A stretch of DNA of 64,000 bases from Rebecca billardiae RCC1528 (lineage: Eukaryota > Protista > Haptophyta), in contig OZ251229.1 in NCBI GenBank assembly GCA_965240325.2, positions 186,001-250,000 on the forward strand. The letters run 5' to 3'. Shown here piece after piece: positions 1-9,927 of the stretch (positions are counted from its first letter, which is position 1; the number at the start of each line of letters is the position of its first letter). The position numbers and the translations under genes were made by a program. Below the pieces are notes generated by a model that was not told the DNA's origin, did no database searches, and saw only the letters and a program-made list of their open reading frames with translations.

Positions 1-1
1 G

Positions 2-193
2 CTGTGGTGCTGGGTGTGGCGCGCATGGAAGCACAAGGTCGACCTAGCGGCGTTCCCCCACGTGCGCACTTGGTTCGAGCGCATGGGCCGACGGCCGGCC
101 GTCAAGCGAGGCCTCCTCGTCCCCACGGAGGAGCAGAAACGACGCCCGCGCACCGAGCCGGCCCCCGAGCTGTCATACAGTAATCAGCCGTAG
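2..193 (+). CDS. Glutathione S-transferase, C-terminal end (partial; gene starts before the window)
   Basis: Frame 2 reads LWCWVWRAWKHKVDLAAFPHVRTWFERMGRRPAVKRGL...NQP*. This matches the YfcG/Ure2-type GST C-terminal pattern (DL..FPHV..WF.R...RPAV.RGL). Stop TAG at 191-193. Confidence 0.75.
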   Translation: MWCWVWRAWKHKVDLAAFPHVRTWFERMGRRPAVKRGLLVPTEEQKRRPRTEPAPELSYSNQP

Positions 194-784
194 GCGGGTC
201 GTCGACGAGTCGTGAGTCCCGGAGTCGGACGAGAGTGGCGGGCCGCCGCGCGGCGAGAGTGGCGGCCGCCCGCGGAGTGAGTTAAGTAGACTACGGGCAG
301 CGGAGTACTGAGTGAGCGGCCCTGTGGCTTATGGCCGCTGGGGCCTGGGGCTAGGCGGCGCGGCCTAGGGCGGTGGCCCGGCCCCGGGCCCGGCGGCCCG
401 CCGGCCGGCCGCGTGAGGCGCCACTCACACTGGCACTGGCCTGACAGTACTACGTCGTCGATCATCACGCTATACTGTATGCGCTGAAATAAGTGAGACT
501 GACAGCTATGATATATGCCATATCGATGATCGACTGCGCGGGCCCCAGCCGCCAGCGAGTCACAACTGTCACAAGGTCGAGTGGCGTAGTGCGTTCCGGA
601 GACTGGAGTGAGCTGTGAGGCGCGGGATCGAGTCCAGACTCCAGAGTTAGTAGTTACTCGAGAGTCGAGTGAGTTAAGACCGAGTAGTCTGAGATTGAGT
701 CATTCGCGGACTGACCGCCGACCCGGCGACTGATGGCGATGACTGACGATGAATCGTAGTAGTAGGACTTCACTGTAGCCAGTG

Positions 785-1116
785 ATGGCCCGCGGTGCAG
801 GGCGGAGCGCGCAGCGTGGAGCCCGCTCCGTGGGCCCTAACCACGTTTCAAAAAGATCTTTGATCAAGAAAAAAGGGACGGGGGACGATTTTCATGGCTG
901 GAGGAGACCGAGTTTCGAATTTTGAGACCCTCTCTAACACGCATCACGGCCGAAAAAGGTCGCGCCCACGACAAGTTCATAGTAAAGCGTGGAGTGACGC
1001 CCGTCCAAAAAACGTCACGCCCTTTAGGATCCCTAACGTAACGAACCGTTACAAGCGATTTTTCCCGGCCAATGAGATTGCAGCAAGGTCCAAGGAGCGA
1101 TGACGTATCTAGATAG
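785..1116 (+). mobile_element. Truncated copy of the MITE-like repeat (fuller copy at 48586-48939)
   Basis: About 330 bp colinear with and highly similar to 48586-48918, starting at the same ATGGCCCGCGGTGCAGGGCGG end. The adjacent right TIR is missing. Confidence 0.75.
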
Positions 1117-1906
1117 AGATTGCCGCGAACCGATGTGACCATGTACGTCCCTTGAATCAGTTGAATCAACTATTCAATCGCGCCGCGTGTCTGTATCACG
1201 GGAGCCAACAGGGCAAGGGTCAGTAGCCGATGCGCCAACTTCGGCGTATCTCAATACGATCTGACACGAGTCTGGACCGGACGGCTGCCCAGCAAAGCCA
1301 AACCTTGGTTGCTGCGCACTCTCCGCGAGAGCCGCCGGGGCGAGCCGCACGAGCGACCGACGGGTGAGGTGACGGCGATGGGCAGGTGCGCGCGGCGAGT
1401 TGCGCCTGGAGCGCGCGGCTGTGGCGGGTCCCGACTGCCGTCGACATCGCGTTCGTGCCCCCGCTCACTCCGCGCGCCCCCGCCGCCCCGTGTCGATGCC
1501 TGCGCGCGGCCGCGCGCGTCGCCCGGGGCGCCCCGGCCGCGCCGCGGCAGCCGCCCTGTTACCTGTATTCGGGCTCTCGCAAGCTCAGGGGCAGCGGCGC
1601 CTGATGCCGGACTGATCGATCTCTGAGTCTTCGACTTCACCACGCGCCGCCCTTGCCATGCCTTTCCGGGGAGCGCCGACGATCCGAGTCCATCGTCGAC
1701 GGTCGACTCTGAGCGAGGGCTACGCCTCGGAACTGAACGGTACTCTACGAGGAGGACGAGCTGCGCGGGCGACGGTGGTGCGTGCCGTCCCCAGAGCTGG
1801 CTGTGCCTCTGCAACGCGTGCCGAGCCTGATCGAGGTGTGTCAGCCCGTGCACGCGCGGCGTGCGCGAACGATCCGTGCCTGCGGTGCCCTCGAACCTCG
1901 GCACTG

Positions 1907-2205
1907 CGTGCTCCCTCGGGCTGTCAGCTCCGCGTGGCCTGGCGTGCACGTAGAGTTGCGCTCATGCGTCGATCACGCCTCGCGCCCGCCTGTCGGCCGT
2001 CGCGCAGGCGCTGGTCGAACCCTACTCGGACCAGTGCAAATCATCTAACTATCCTGGCGCTGCCGGTGCGCGGTGACCCGGGACAGCGGTCAGTCAGCAG
2101 CAGCGGCCCGAACGAATCCGCGGCCCCGCACCGTGCTCCCTGGCTGTCAGCTTCGCGTGGCCTGGCGTGCACGTGGAGTCGCGCTCATGCGTCGATCACG
2201 CCTCG
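1907..2205 (+). repeat. Imperfect ~75-bp direct repeat (1907-1982 and 2132-2205)
   Basis: Both copies read CGTGCTCCCT..GGCTGTCAGCT.CGCGTGGCCTGGCGTGCACGT.GAGT.GCGCTCATGCGTCGATCACGCCTCG. Confidence 0.85.
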
Positions 2206-2363
2206 TCGCATCCGCCTGTACACAATCGGCGCCGCGCCGGCGGCTGCGAAGAGTGTGATGGGCCCGCCCGGCCGCGGCGCGGCGGGCGGCGGCGCGCCGC
2301 TGGAGTCTAGTTGTACGGGCATGCAACTCCGGGTCTGTCAATAGACGACGTCGACTGCGACCG

Positions 2364-2436
2364 GGAGGGTGCACCGCCACCGCGGGCCCTGAACTACGTT
2401 CGTTCTACGGAAAAGGACCGCGGAACGCGGTCATAT
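2364..2436 (+). repeat. ~70-bp dispersed repeat ending in a hairpin (second copy 50807-50873)
   Basis: Shared GGAGGGTGC..CCGCGGGCCC.GAACTACGTTCGTTCTACGGAAAA.GACCGCGGAACGCGGTCATAT, with a terminal stem-loop GACCGCG-GAA-CGCGGTC. Confidence 0.85.
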
Positions 2437-2671
2437 ATATGTATGATCTCAGATATGCTGATGGCCATCGCCGAATCGCAGGAGCGCCGGCTGCCGATTC
2501 AGTGTCGCCAGATGTCGGCCCGGCGCCGATCGTCGCGGATTCGCGGGCAGCGCAGCCCGTCAGATTGCAAGCAGTTCCGATAGACGCGGTGTCAAGGACG
2601 CGCGCCATCATCACGCCGTTAGCCGGCGGCGCGAACCCGTCAGGAGCAGCATGCGCAACCTCTCGGACTTC

Positions 2672-3301
2672 TCAGCACCCTTTGGCGGCGAACTCGGCGA
2701 GGCGCCTGCGCACAGCCGGCTCGACGCGCGCTCGCAGGTCTGCGCGCAGCCCGAGTGCAAACCAGCCCTCGACGAGCGCAAAGTGCGGCGCCATGAGGAG
2801 TGCTTGCGCGAGGTTCTCGGCGAGCGCGGGCTGGCGCCCCTCGAACACCTTGTGGCCCAGCAGCTGCGCCGTCCATCCCGCGAGGTGCACGCCAAGCGCG
2901 ACGGGCAGCGGCGCCCCGCGCACGCCAGCGGCGGCGCGAAAGCTGCGAGCGCTCGCGTGGAGGGCGGCGACGAGGACGGCACTCGCGACGCCGTAGACGC
3001 TTCGCCGGTCCAATGCGACGTAGTACCCCGCATAGATCGCCGCGGCGATGGCGCTGGCGTTGATCGGGATCGCGCCGGCGACCGTGCCGAGGGGCTGCGT
3101 CGCGTCGAGCAGCACGAGCGCGCTCCACAGCAGCGCGGGGATGCACACAAAGTGGATGGCCTGGTTGAGGCGATGGGTGTGGTACGAGGCGTAGAAGGCA
3201 AACTGCTCGTCGAGGTCGAGGATCCGCCGCGTGCGCGTGCAGAGCCCGAGCAGCGCCGCCAGGAAGAGGTACGCCGACCAGTCGCCGGCACCGAACGCCA
3301 T
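2672..3301 (-). CDS. MPO1: Mpo1/DUF962 family membrane protein (2-hydroxy fatty acid dioxygenase-like)
   Basis: Motifs LDEQFAFYASYHTHRLNQAIHFVCIP and AQLLGHKVFEGRQPALAENLAQALLMAP, plus hydrophobic segments. Start placed at MAFGAG (3301); the ORF is open to 3361. Confidence 0.85.
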   Translation of the reverse strand: MAFGAGDWSAYLFLAALLGLCTRTRRILDLDEQFAFYASYHTHRLNQAIHFVCIPALLWSALVLLDATQPLGTVAGAIPINASAIAAAIYAGYYVALDRRSVYGVASAVLVAALHASARSFRAAAGVRGAPLPVALGVHLAGWTAQLLGHKVFEGRQPALAENLAQALLMAPHFALVEGWFALGLRADLRARVEPAVRRRLAEFAAKGC

Positions 3302-3768
3302 CGGACGCCCGGCTTCCCGCCGTTGTCCCGATTGAAAGCACCCACCCGGACCCATGTTCATCAGGGACCGTCTCCCTCACGCCGTTTTTCCAACCGCCGT
3401 GGCCCCACGAAGCAGCGCTTGCAACGTCTTTCAGGCTCCAGGCTCTATGTGAGCTCGGCTCGTTGATTGACCGGCGGATACCCACCTGAACGACGTCGGC
3501 GGTTGGAGCGATCTCGTCCTTACGGGAGATTGGCCGTTTGAAAACGGCGGGGGTTACGCGGGCCCGGCCCTCTAATGACGATCGGTAACAACCCGGGCGT
3601 CCCGCCGCGCATTTCCCCGCATCAAAAGAAAAGCCAGCACGAGCGAGAGCGCACCGGGCGAGCCTGGGACTCGGGGAGGCCACGCCGCTGGGAGTCTTCC
3701 TCGCCGGCTCTCAGGGGCCGCGGCGGCGACAGAGCGTTGCGAGTGGGGGACGCGAGGAGCGTCCGCCG

Positions 3769-6516
3769 ATGGCGCAGCAGGGGTACGCGGTGATGCAGCA
3801 CGACGTGCCCGCGCAGACGATCGTGTACCCGGCCGAGGCGCAGCACGGCGCCGTGAGCGCGGACAGGCACCCGATCATACAGGGGGGCGTGCCGCAGATC
3901 GTGATGATGCCGCAGGACCCGGACGACGGGTCGAACAAGAAGAACGCGTGGACGAAGGAGGAGGACGACAAGCTCTGCGAGCTCGTGCAGCACTTCGGCC
4001 CCAAGAAGTGGTCCACCATCGCCACGCAGCTCGGCACAGAGCGCGTGGGCAAGCAGGTGTGTGCGCGCGGCGCACGTGCGGCGCGCGCGCGGCGCCGGGC
4101 GGGCGAGCTGCGCGCGCGCGCCGTCCGCGCGCCGCGCCGCGCCGCGCCGCGCCACGTCGCGCCCGCCCGCCCCGCTCACCGCGCGCGCGCGCCGCGCGCC
4201 CCTGTGCCGCGCAGTGCCGCGAGCGCTGGCACAACCACCTGAGCCCGGCCGTGCGCAAGGACCACTGGACGGAGGAGGAGGACAAGCTGATCCTCGAGAT
4301 GGTGCAGAAGCTCGGGACCAAGTGGTCGCAGATCGTCAAGTACCTCCCCGGCCGCACGGACAACGCCATCAAAAACCGCTGGAACTCGGCCATGCGCAAG
4401 TCCCTGCGGCGGCAGCAGAAGACGCAGGGCGGCGGCACGCCGCCGCCGGCGACGCAGCCCGCGTCGGGCTCGCAGCCGGCGAGCAGCGACGCGCCCAAGG
4501 CGGAGGCCGCCGCGACGCCCGCGCCGCCGCCCGCGCCGCTCGTCTCGCCGGGCCACGCGCCGCCCGCGCTGCCGCTCGCGCAGCAGGTGGGCGCGGCCGC
4601 GCCGGCGCTCGTCGCCGCCTCGAGTGTTAGCCCGAGCTACGCGCAGCCGCAGCCGCAGCCGCAGCCGCAGCCGCAGCCGCAGCCGCAGCCGCAGCCGCAG
4701 CCGCAGCCGCAGGTGGCGGGCGCGGCGGCGGCGGGGCACGCGCACGGCGTGGCGCCGCACTGCCGCCCCGCGCCCGTCGGCGCGGGCCTCGGCCTGCAGC
4801 CCGTCCACTCCGCGCCGCTCGGCGTCAGCTCGCCCTCGGGCGCGGAGCACGCGGCCGTGCGCGCGCTCGGCCTGCTGTGCCCCAACGACGTCTCCGTGCA
4901 GCTGGCGATGGACATCGCGGTGAGTCCGGGGCGGGGGGGTCCGGGGCGGGCGGAGGGAGGGGCGGCGGGTGGGGGGGGGGGGGGGGGGGGGTGCTGGGCG
5001 CAGCCGCCGCGCGGCCGCGCGGCCGGCCGCGCCGCGCCGCCGCGCCGCCGTGCACACCGCGGTGCCGACCCGCGTGCGCACGCTGCACGCCCGCCCCTGC
5101 ACGCCCGCCCCACATCCGCGCGCGCACGCCCGCCGCAGACGTCGCACAACATCGCGGACGGGGACAAGCGGCAGCTGCTGCGCGAGCTCGTGCTCGGCCA
5201 GTCGGTCGCCGCGCCCGCCGCGGCGCTTGGCGTGGGCGGGCAGGGCGAGGACGGCGGCGGCGGCGGCCCGAGCGGGCGGCGGCGCGGTGGCGGGCGCGGG
5301 TGCGAGGACGGCTCGGACGGCGCGGGGGAGGCGGTGCGTGCGCGCGCGCCGCGCCGGCGGCGGCGGCGCGCGTGGGCACGGCGCGCGTCGCGGCGTGCGC
5401 GCGCGTGGGCTGACGGGCGGCCCGCGACCCTCCGCGCTCTCCGCGCAGGATGGCGGCGTGCCACCCCTTGCGCCGCAGCCGCCCGCGCGCGGCCGCGGCA
5501 GCAAGCGCGCCCGGAGCGCCGCGGCCGCTGCGGCCGGCGGCGGCGGCGCCTCGTCCATCAACGCGGCGGAGGCGCAGGCGCAGCTGCGGCACGCGCGCAC
5601 GGGCGGCGCGGCGCCGCCCTTCCACACCGTCAGCGCGCAGCCGATGCTCGCGCAGCACGGCGGCGCGGGCGGCGTGGTGTACGTCCAAGCGACGCCCGCG
5701 CCGGGCGGCGGCGGCGGCGCGGGCGCTGGCGGCGCGCAGCCGCAGTGCGTGCGAGGGGCGTGTGTGCACGCCGTGGCCTCGCACGCGCAGCCGGCGGCCG
5801 AGGGCGCCGCCGGGGGCGCGGGCGGCGGCGGAGGGAGCACCGGCGGCGGGTTCGACCGCAGCAGCCTCGAGCCACTCGCCATGGGCGGCGTCGGCTCGCC
5901 GCCCAGGGCGGAGCACAGGTGGGCGCCGTGCGCCCGGCGCGCATGCGCACGCGCGACTGTGGGCGGGGCGGCGAGCGCGCGCCGGCGCCCCGCCGCTCAC
6001 GCGCCGCCCGGCGCACGGCTGCGCGCGTGCGTGCGCTCGCGCGCGGTACAACAGGCAGGTGGCGAATCTGCGCAAGTCGCCGCGGCTGCGCACGGCTGCC
6101 TCGCCGCGCTCGATGGAGGTGCGCGGCGCGTCGCGCTGCGCGCCGGGCGCTCGGCACACGCAGCAGCGGCAGCGGGCTCACGCGCCGCGCCGCGCCCCGC
6201 GCCGCGCGCGCGCCGTGCGCAGGCCGCCGCCGCCATCTCGCTGCTCGGCGGCCCGGCGGCCGGGACGCTTGCGCCCGCAGCGGACGCGCCGGGCAGCGCG
6301 CCCGTCGGCGCCGACGGCGCAGCAGCCGGCGGCAGCAGCCGGCCGGCCGCGACCATAGCCGGCTCCCTGGGCCTGCAGCCGCGCGGCTCCAGCAGACTGG
6401 CCGAGCCGCCCGAGTCCAAGCGCGCCGGCAAGGGCGGGGCGAGCTCGCGGCCGCTGCACTTCGAGTCGAACGCGCCGAGCTCGACGGAGGCGGCGGGGGC
6501 GCTGGCCGCCTCGTGA
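3769..6516 (+). CDS. Two-repeat (R2R3-type) MYB transcription factor; predicted exons 3769-4056, 4215-4919, 5139-5333, 5449-5918, 6053-6118, 6223-6516
   Basis: KNAWTKEEDDKLCELVQHFGPKKWSTIA...RVGKQ|CRERWHNHLSPAVRKDHWTEEED...GTKWSQIVKYLPGRTDNAIKNRWN. GT..AG introns with CTCAC/CTGAC branch sites keep the frame. The 3' exons are less certain. Confidence 0.9.
4644..4712 (+). repeat. (CAGCCG)n microsatellite, ~11.5 units, encoding (QP)n in the MYB protein
   Basis: Perfect hexamer repeat read directly from the sequence. Confidence 0.95.
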
Positions 6517-7283
6517 GCCGCTGCCGGGCGGCTGCCTTCGCGCCCTGCTTCCTCCGCCCGCCCTTGCCCCCGCGCGAGCGCACGCCACGGTGCGGGGGCA
6601 TGTCCGCGCCGAGGCTGCGCCGACGCGGCGCGCACTAATTTATTCTCGGACGACGACGACGCCCCACCAGGGAGGTGCCACATGGTGCACGCGGACCGGC
6701 GCACCGGAGCAAGCGCGCACACATTGGCACGGACGTGATGTCACCGTCCGCCTGCTCTTCGTCGTTGACGGTGCTCGACCGCATGCGGCCCGCGCCGTGC
6801 CTGGCAGAGCACGCTCCGGGCGAGTCTGACTCGGAGACTCCGACCGCATCATCGTCTCTGCGGTCGTGCGGACCCGCGGGGCGTCAGCGGTGACTGCAGG
6901 ACTTCAGCAGCAGGTACAATGGTGTCAGACAGTCCTGCGGAGTCGTTCAGCACTACGACTCTGATTCTGCCAGTTCAGCCGCCGTTGGCAATATGGCAGA
7001 CAGACCGTGTGCCCACCGGCATGTGACTAGGTCCGCAGCCTGCGGCCCCCTCGGCGGCCTGGGCCGCCCCGGCCCCGGGGCGCCGCCGGGCCGCCCGGCC
7101 CCCGGGCGCCGCCGCCGGCGGGGCCGGGCCCGGCCGGGCGGCCGGGGCCGGGGGCGGGGGCGCCGGGGCGGTGTAGCCCGCCCATATTAGCAGCGCGGTG
7201 CTCAGTACTGCCGGTCGCCGTCATTGCCACCGCCGCGCATGCGAGGAGCAGAGAGCGCGCGGTGCCTGGCGCACCGCCCGCCG

Positions 7284-8105
7284 TCATGCCTCGTCCTCAT
7301 CCTCGTACGGCGCGTCGAAGGGCGTGTTAGCCGTGCCCGCGCCCGCCGACGAGCTCGCGCCGCCGCCCGCGGGGGCGCCTGGCGCCGGGTCGTAGGCGAT
7401 GTTGTACGAGCCGGTGCCCTCGTCCTTGGTCGCCTTGAAGTTGTCCAGCGAGAGCCCAAAGTTGCCGAGGAACATGTTGCCCAGGTCCTTGAGCTTGCCC
7501 ATCATCTCCTCCTTCTCGCGCTCCAGCTTGGCGGCCTCCAGGCCCTCGAGTCTGCGCACGGCGGCGGAGGCGGGCTTCGAGTCGGGCTCGAGCTCGGCGA
7601 TGCGCTTCGCGTCGGCGAGCGCCTCCGTCAGCTTGTCCAGCGCCTCGTACGCCTGCGCGCGCCGGCTGAGCGCCTTGACGTAGTCGGCATCGATGGCGAG
7701 CGCGTTCGTGCTGTCGTCGACCACCGCCTCGTGCTGCTCGAGCTTGAGGAAGCACGCCGCGCGGTTGCAGTGGTACACCGCCTTCTCCTGCGCGGCGAGG
7801 CGCGGGGGCGGCGTGGCGCGGGGTGAGGCGGCGGACGGTGCTCGCGCCCGCCCGCCGTGCGCGCGCGGGCTGACCTGCGCGTCTGGAGGCGCCCACATGA
7901 TGGCCTCTGTGTACGCGTCGATGGCCTCCTGCCACTCGCCTGCGCCGAAGTGGGCGTTGCCCTTGAGCTTGGCGTCCTGCGCCTTGGCGAGGTCGTAGTG
8001 CTCCGGCCACTCCGCCAGCGCGTCATCGTCGTCCGCCGCGGCGGGCGCCGCCGCCGCCGGCGCATCGTCCGCCGCCGCCGGCAGCATCTCGAATCTGGCG
8101 GCCAT
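7284..8105 (-). CDS. TTC1: Tetratricopeptide repeat protein 1 homolog; one 87-nt intron (7788-7874)
   Basis: Three TPRs (KLKGNAHF..., YHCNRAACFLKLEQ, YVKALSRRAQAYE) and the TTC1 C-terminal signature KEEMMGKLKDLGNMFLGNFGLSLDNFK...GSYNI. Confidence 0.9.
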   Translation of the reverse strand: MAARFEMLPAAADDAPAAAAPAAADDDDALAEWPEHYDLAKAQDAKLKGNAHFGAGEWQEAIDAYTEAIMWAPPDAQVSPRAHGGRARAPSAASPRATPPPRLAAQEKAVYHCNRAACFLKLEQHEAVVDDSTNALAIDADYVKALSRRAQAYEALDKLTEALADAKRIAELEPDSKPASAAVRRLEGLEAAKLEREKEEMMGKLKDLGNMFLGNFGLSLDNFKATKDEGTGSYNIAYDPAPGAPAGGGASSSAGAGTANTPFDAPYEDEDEA

Positions 8106-8562
8106 GGATCCCGCGCCCAGCGATTTTTTTCAGGCAGCAGATTTGCATTTTCGTCCACCAATACCCAAATATGTGGGTAGACTCGTCATATATTGATCTT
8201 GGACCGTCAAACTATCATAAAACGCTGGTCGAGTGAGTGGTCGCTGTGCATTCGCTGGACGATAGTACGGAGTACCACCTCAAATACCCGCTAAATATGG
8301 CCCTTGCATTACCGCCATACTACGACCATTCTGTACTCTGCTGGGTAACCGCACGTGATTCGGCATAATTGACGCACCCGCTTTGGCGCCGCCGATTGGT
8401 TACGGTCACAGCCCGCCGGGAACACGGGGGGGGGCGGGGGCAGCAGTGATTTTCGAGGGCAGGGGGTGTGCAAGGCCCCACTGACAACAGGCGGCTAGCC
8501 GGGCGGGCGCTCGACCTCGGCGGCTGCGCGCGCGCCGTGGTGGGGCGGGCCGGCGCGTCCCC

Positions 8563-9927
8563 ATGGCGAGCCTCTCGTCCACCGCCAATGTGGTCCTCGT
8601 GCAGGGCACGCTGTTCCTGCTGATTGCCGGGATGGCGGGCACAACCGACATCAATGGCCTCTTTGCACAGCTCACCAACTTGCGCGGGATCGCGACGGGC
8701 TTCGGCTGCCAGTTCTTCCTGCTGCCGCTGCTGGGTTTCATTTCGGTGATGGTCTTCCAGCTCGAGCCGCTCTACGGCATCATGCTGCTGCTCACCACCA
8801 CGTCGCCGGGCGGCGGCTTCTCGGGCTTCTGGTGCTCGATCTGCAACGCCGACATCGCGCTCAGCATCGCGATGACGACGGTGAGCACGTTCGCGTCGAT
8901 CGTGATGCTGCCCGCGAACGTGTTCCTCTACGTCACCATCGTGTACGGAACCTCCGTCCGGCTCGACTTTGTCGGCATCGGCATCTCGATCGCGGTCGTG
9001 ATCTCGGCCATCTTCACGGGCGTGCTGCTCGGCACGCTCTGGCCGACGAAGAAGACGCTCTTCAACCGGCTGGGCTCGTTCGGCGGCATGTCGAACATCT
9101 TCCTCGCGCTCTACTCCGCCTTCGTCTCCTCGGGCAACCCCACCGCCGCCGAGGTCGACCCCGAGGCGGACGACGGCTTTGAGCTGCCGCCGCCCACGTG
9201 GTACGTCGCGGTCGCGAGCCCGTGCCTGCTCGGCCTGCTCATCTCGCTCAGCATCGCGCGCGCGATCAAGTGCACCAAGCCCGAGTCGGTGGCGATCTGC
9301 ATCGAGTGCTGCTTTCAGAACACCGGCATCGCCAACTCGGTCGCGCTCACCATCTTCTCCGGCAGGGACGCCTCGCGCGCGCTGCTCGTGCCGCTCTTCT
9401 ACGGGCTGACCGAGATTGTGGTGCTCTCCGTCTTTGGCTTTGTGGCGTGGCAGCTGAACTGGACGTACGCGCAGCGCACGGAGAACTTCCTCGCGTGCGT
9501 GGGGGGGAATCACCAGCCGGAGGTGGTCGACATGGGCTCGCGCCAGGCGCCCGAGTGGGTGATGCGCCTGCGCGAGAGGATAGAGTCGATGAGCTCGCAG
9601 ATGCGCAAGGGCGACGAGCGGCCGTCGGGCGCGCAGCAGGCGACTGTGATGCCGGCGCCGCTGCCCGCGGCCGTGGAGGAGGGCACACCCGCCGACGACG
9701 GCAATAAGGACGAGCGAACAGCGGGCGAGGGCGGCGCGGCGGCGGCGGAGGGGGCGGGCAGCGTCTCCAACGCGAGTATACATCCGTTTTCGGGCTCGGA
9801 CGAGTCCGCTCCCACCACGGCCAGCTCCATCCAGCCCGCGCCGTTGCCGGGCGACACGGACAGACCGGCTTCCGAGGGGCCGTCCGCGCTCACGCCGGTC
9901 GAGCCGCGCCATATCACCGCGCGATGA
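8563..9927 (+). CDS. Bile acid:sodium symporter family (SLC10/BASS) transporter
   Basis: GIATGFGCQFFLLPLLGF, SPGGGFS, ADIALSIAMTTVST, ICIECCFQNTGIA, many TM helices and a disordered C-terminal tail. Confidence 0.9.
   Translation: MASLSSTANVVLVQGTLFLLIAGMAGTTDINGLFAQLTNLRGIATGFGCQFFLLPLLGFISVMVFQLEPLYGIMLLLTTTSPGGGFSGFWCSICNADIALSIAMTTVSTFASIVMLPANVFLYVTIVYGTSVRLDFVGIGISIAVVISAIFTGVLLGTLWPTKKTLFNRLGSFGGMSNIFLALYSAFVSSGNPTAAEVDPEADDGFELPPPTWYVAVASPCLLGLLISLSIARAIKCTKPESVAICIECCFQNTGIANSVALTIFSGRDASRALLVPLFYGLTEIVVLSVFGFVAWQLNWTYAQRTENFLACVGGNHQPEVVDMGSRQAPEWVMRLRERIESMSSQMRKGDERPSGAQQATVMPAPLPAAVEEGTPADDGNKDERTAGEGGAAAAEGAGSVSNASIHPFSGSDESAPTTASSIQPAPLPGDTDRPASEGPSALTPVEPRHITAR

Noticed and set aside
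864-1169. Short ORFs in the MITE-like repeat (864-1169, 894-1103, 48586-48792)
   Set aside because: The frames are not conserved between the two copies, which differ by indels, and no transposase motifs are present.
4969-4992. Poly-G runs (also ~14173-14190) and poly-C (~21304-21315) as special elements
   Set aside because: These are intronic homopolymers whose length is unreliable in assemblies, with no further support.
3948-6638. 896-aa ORF as the MYB protein
   Set aside because: It reads through GC-rich introns. The spliced model starting at 3769 restores both MYB repeats.
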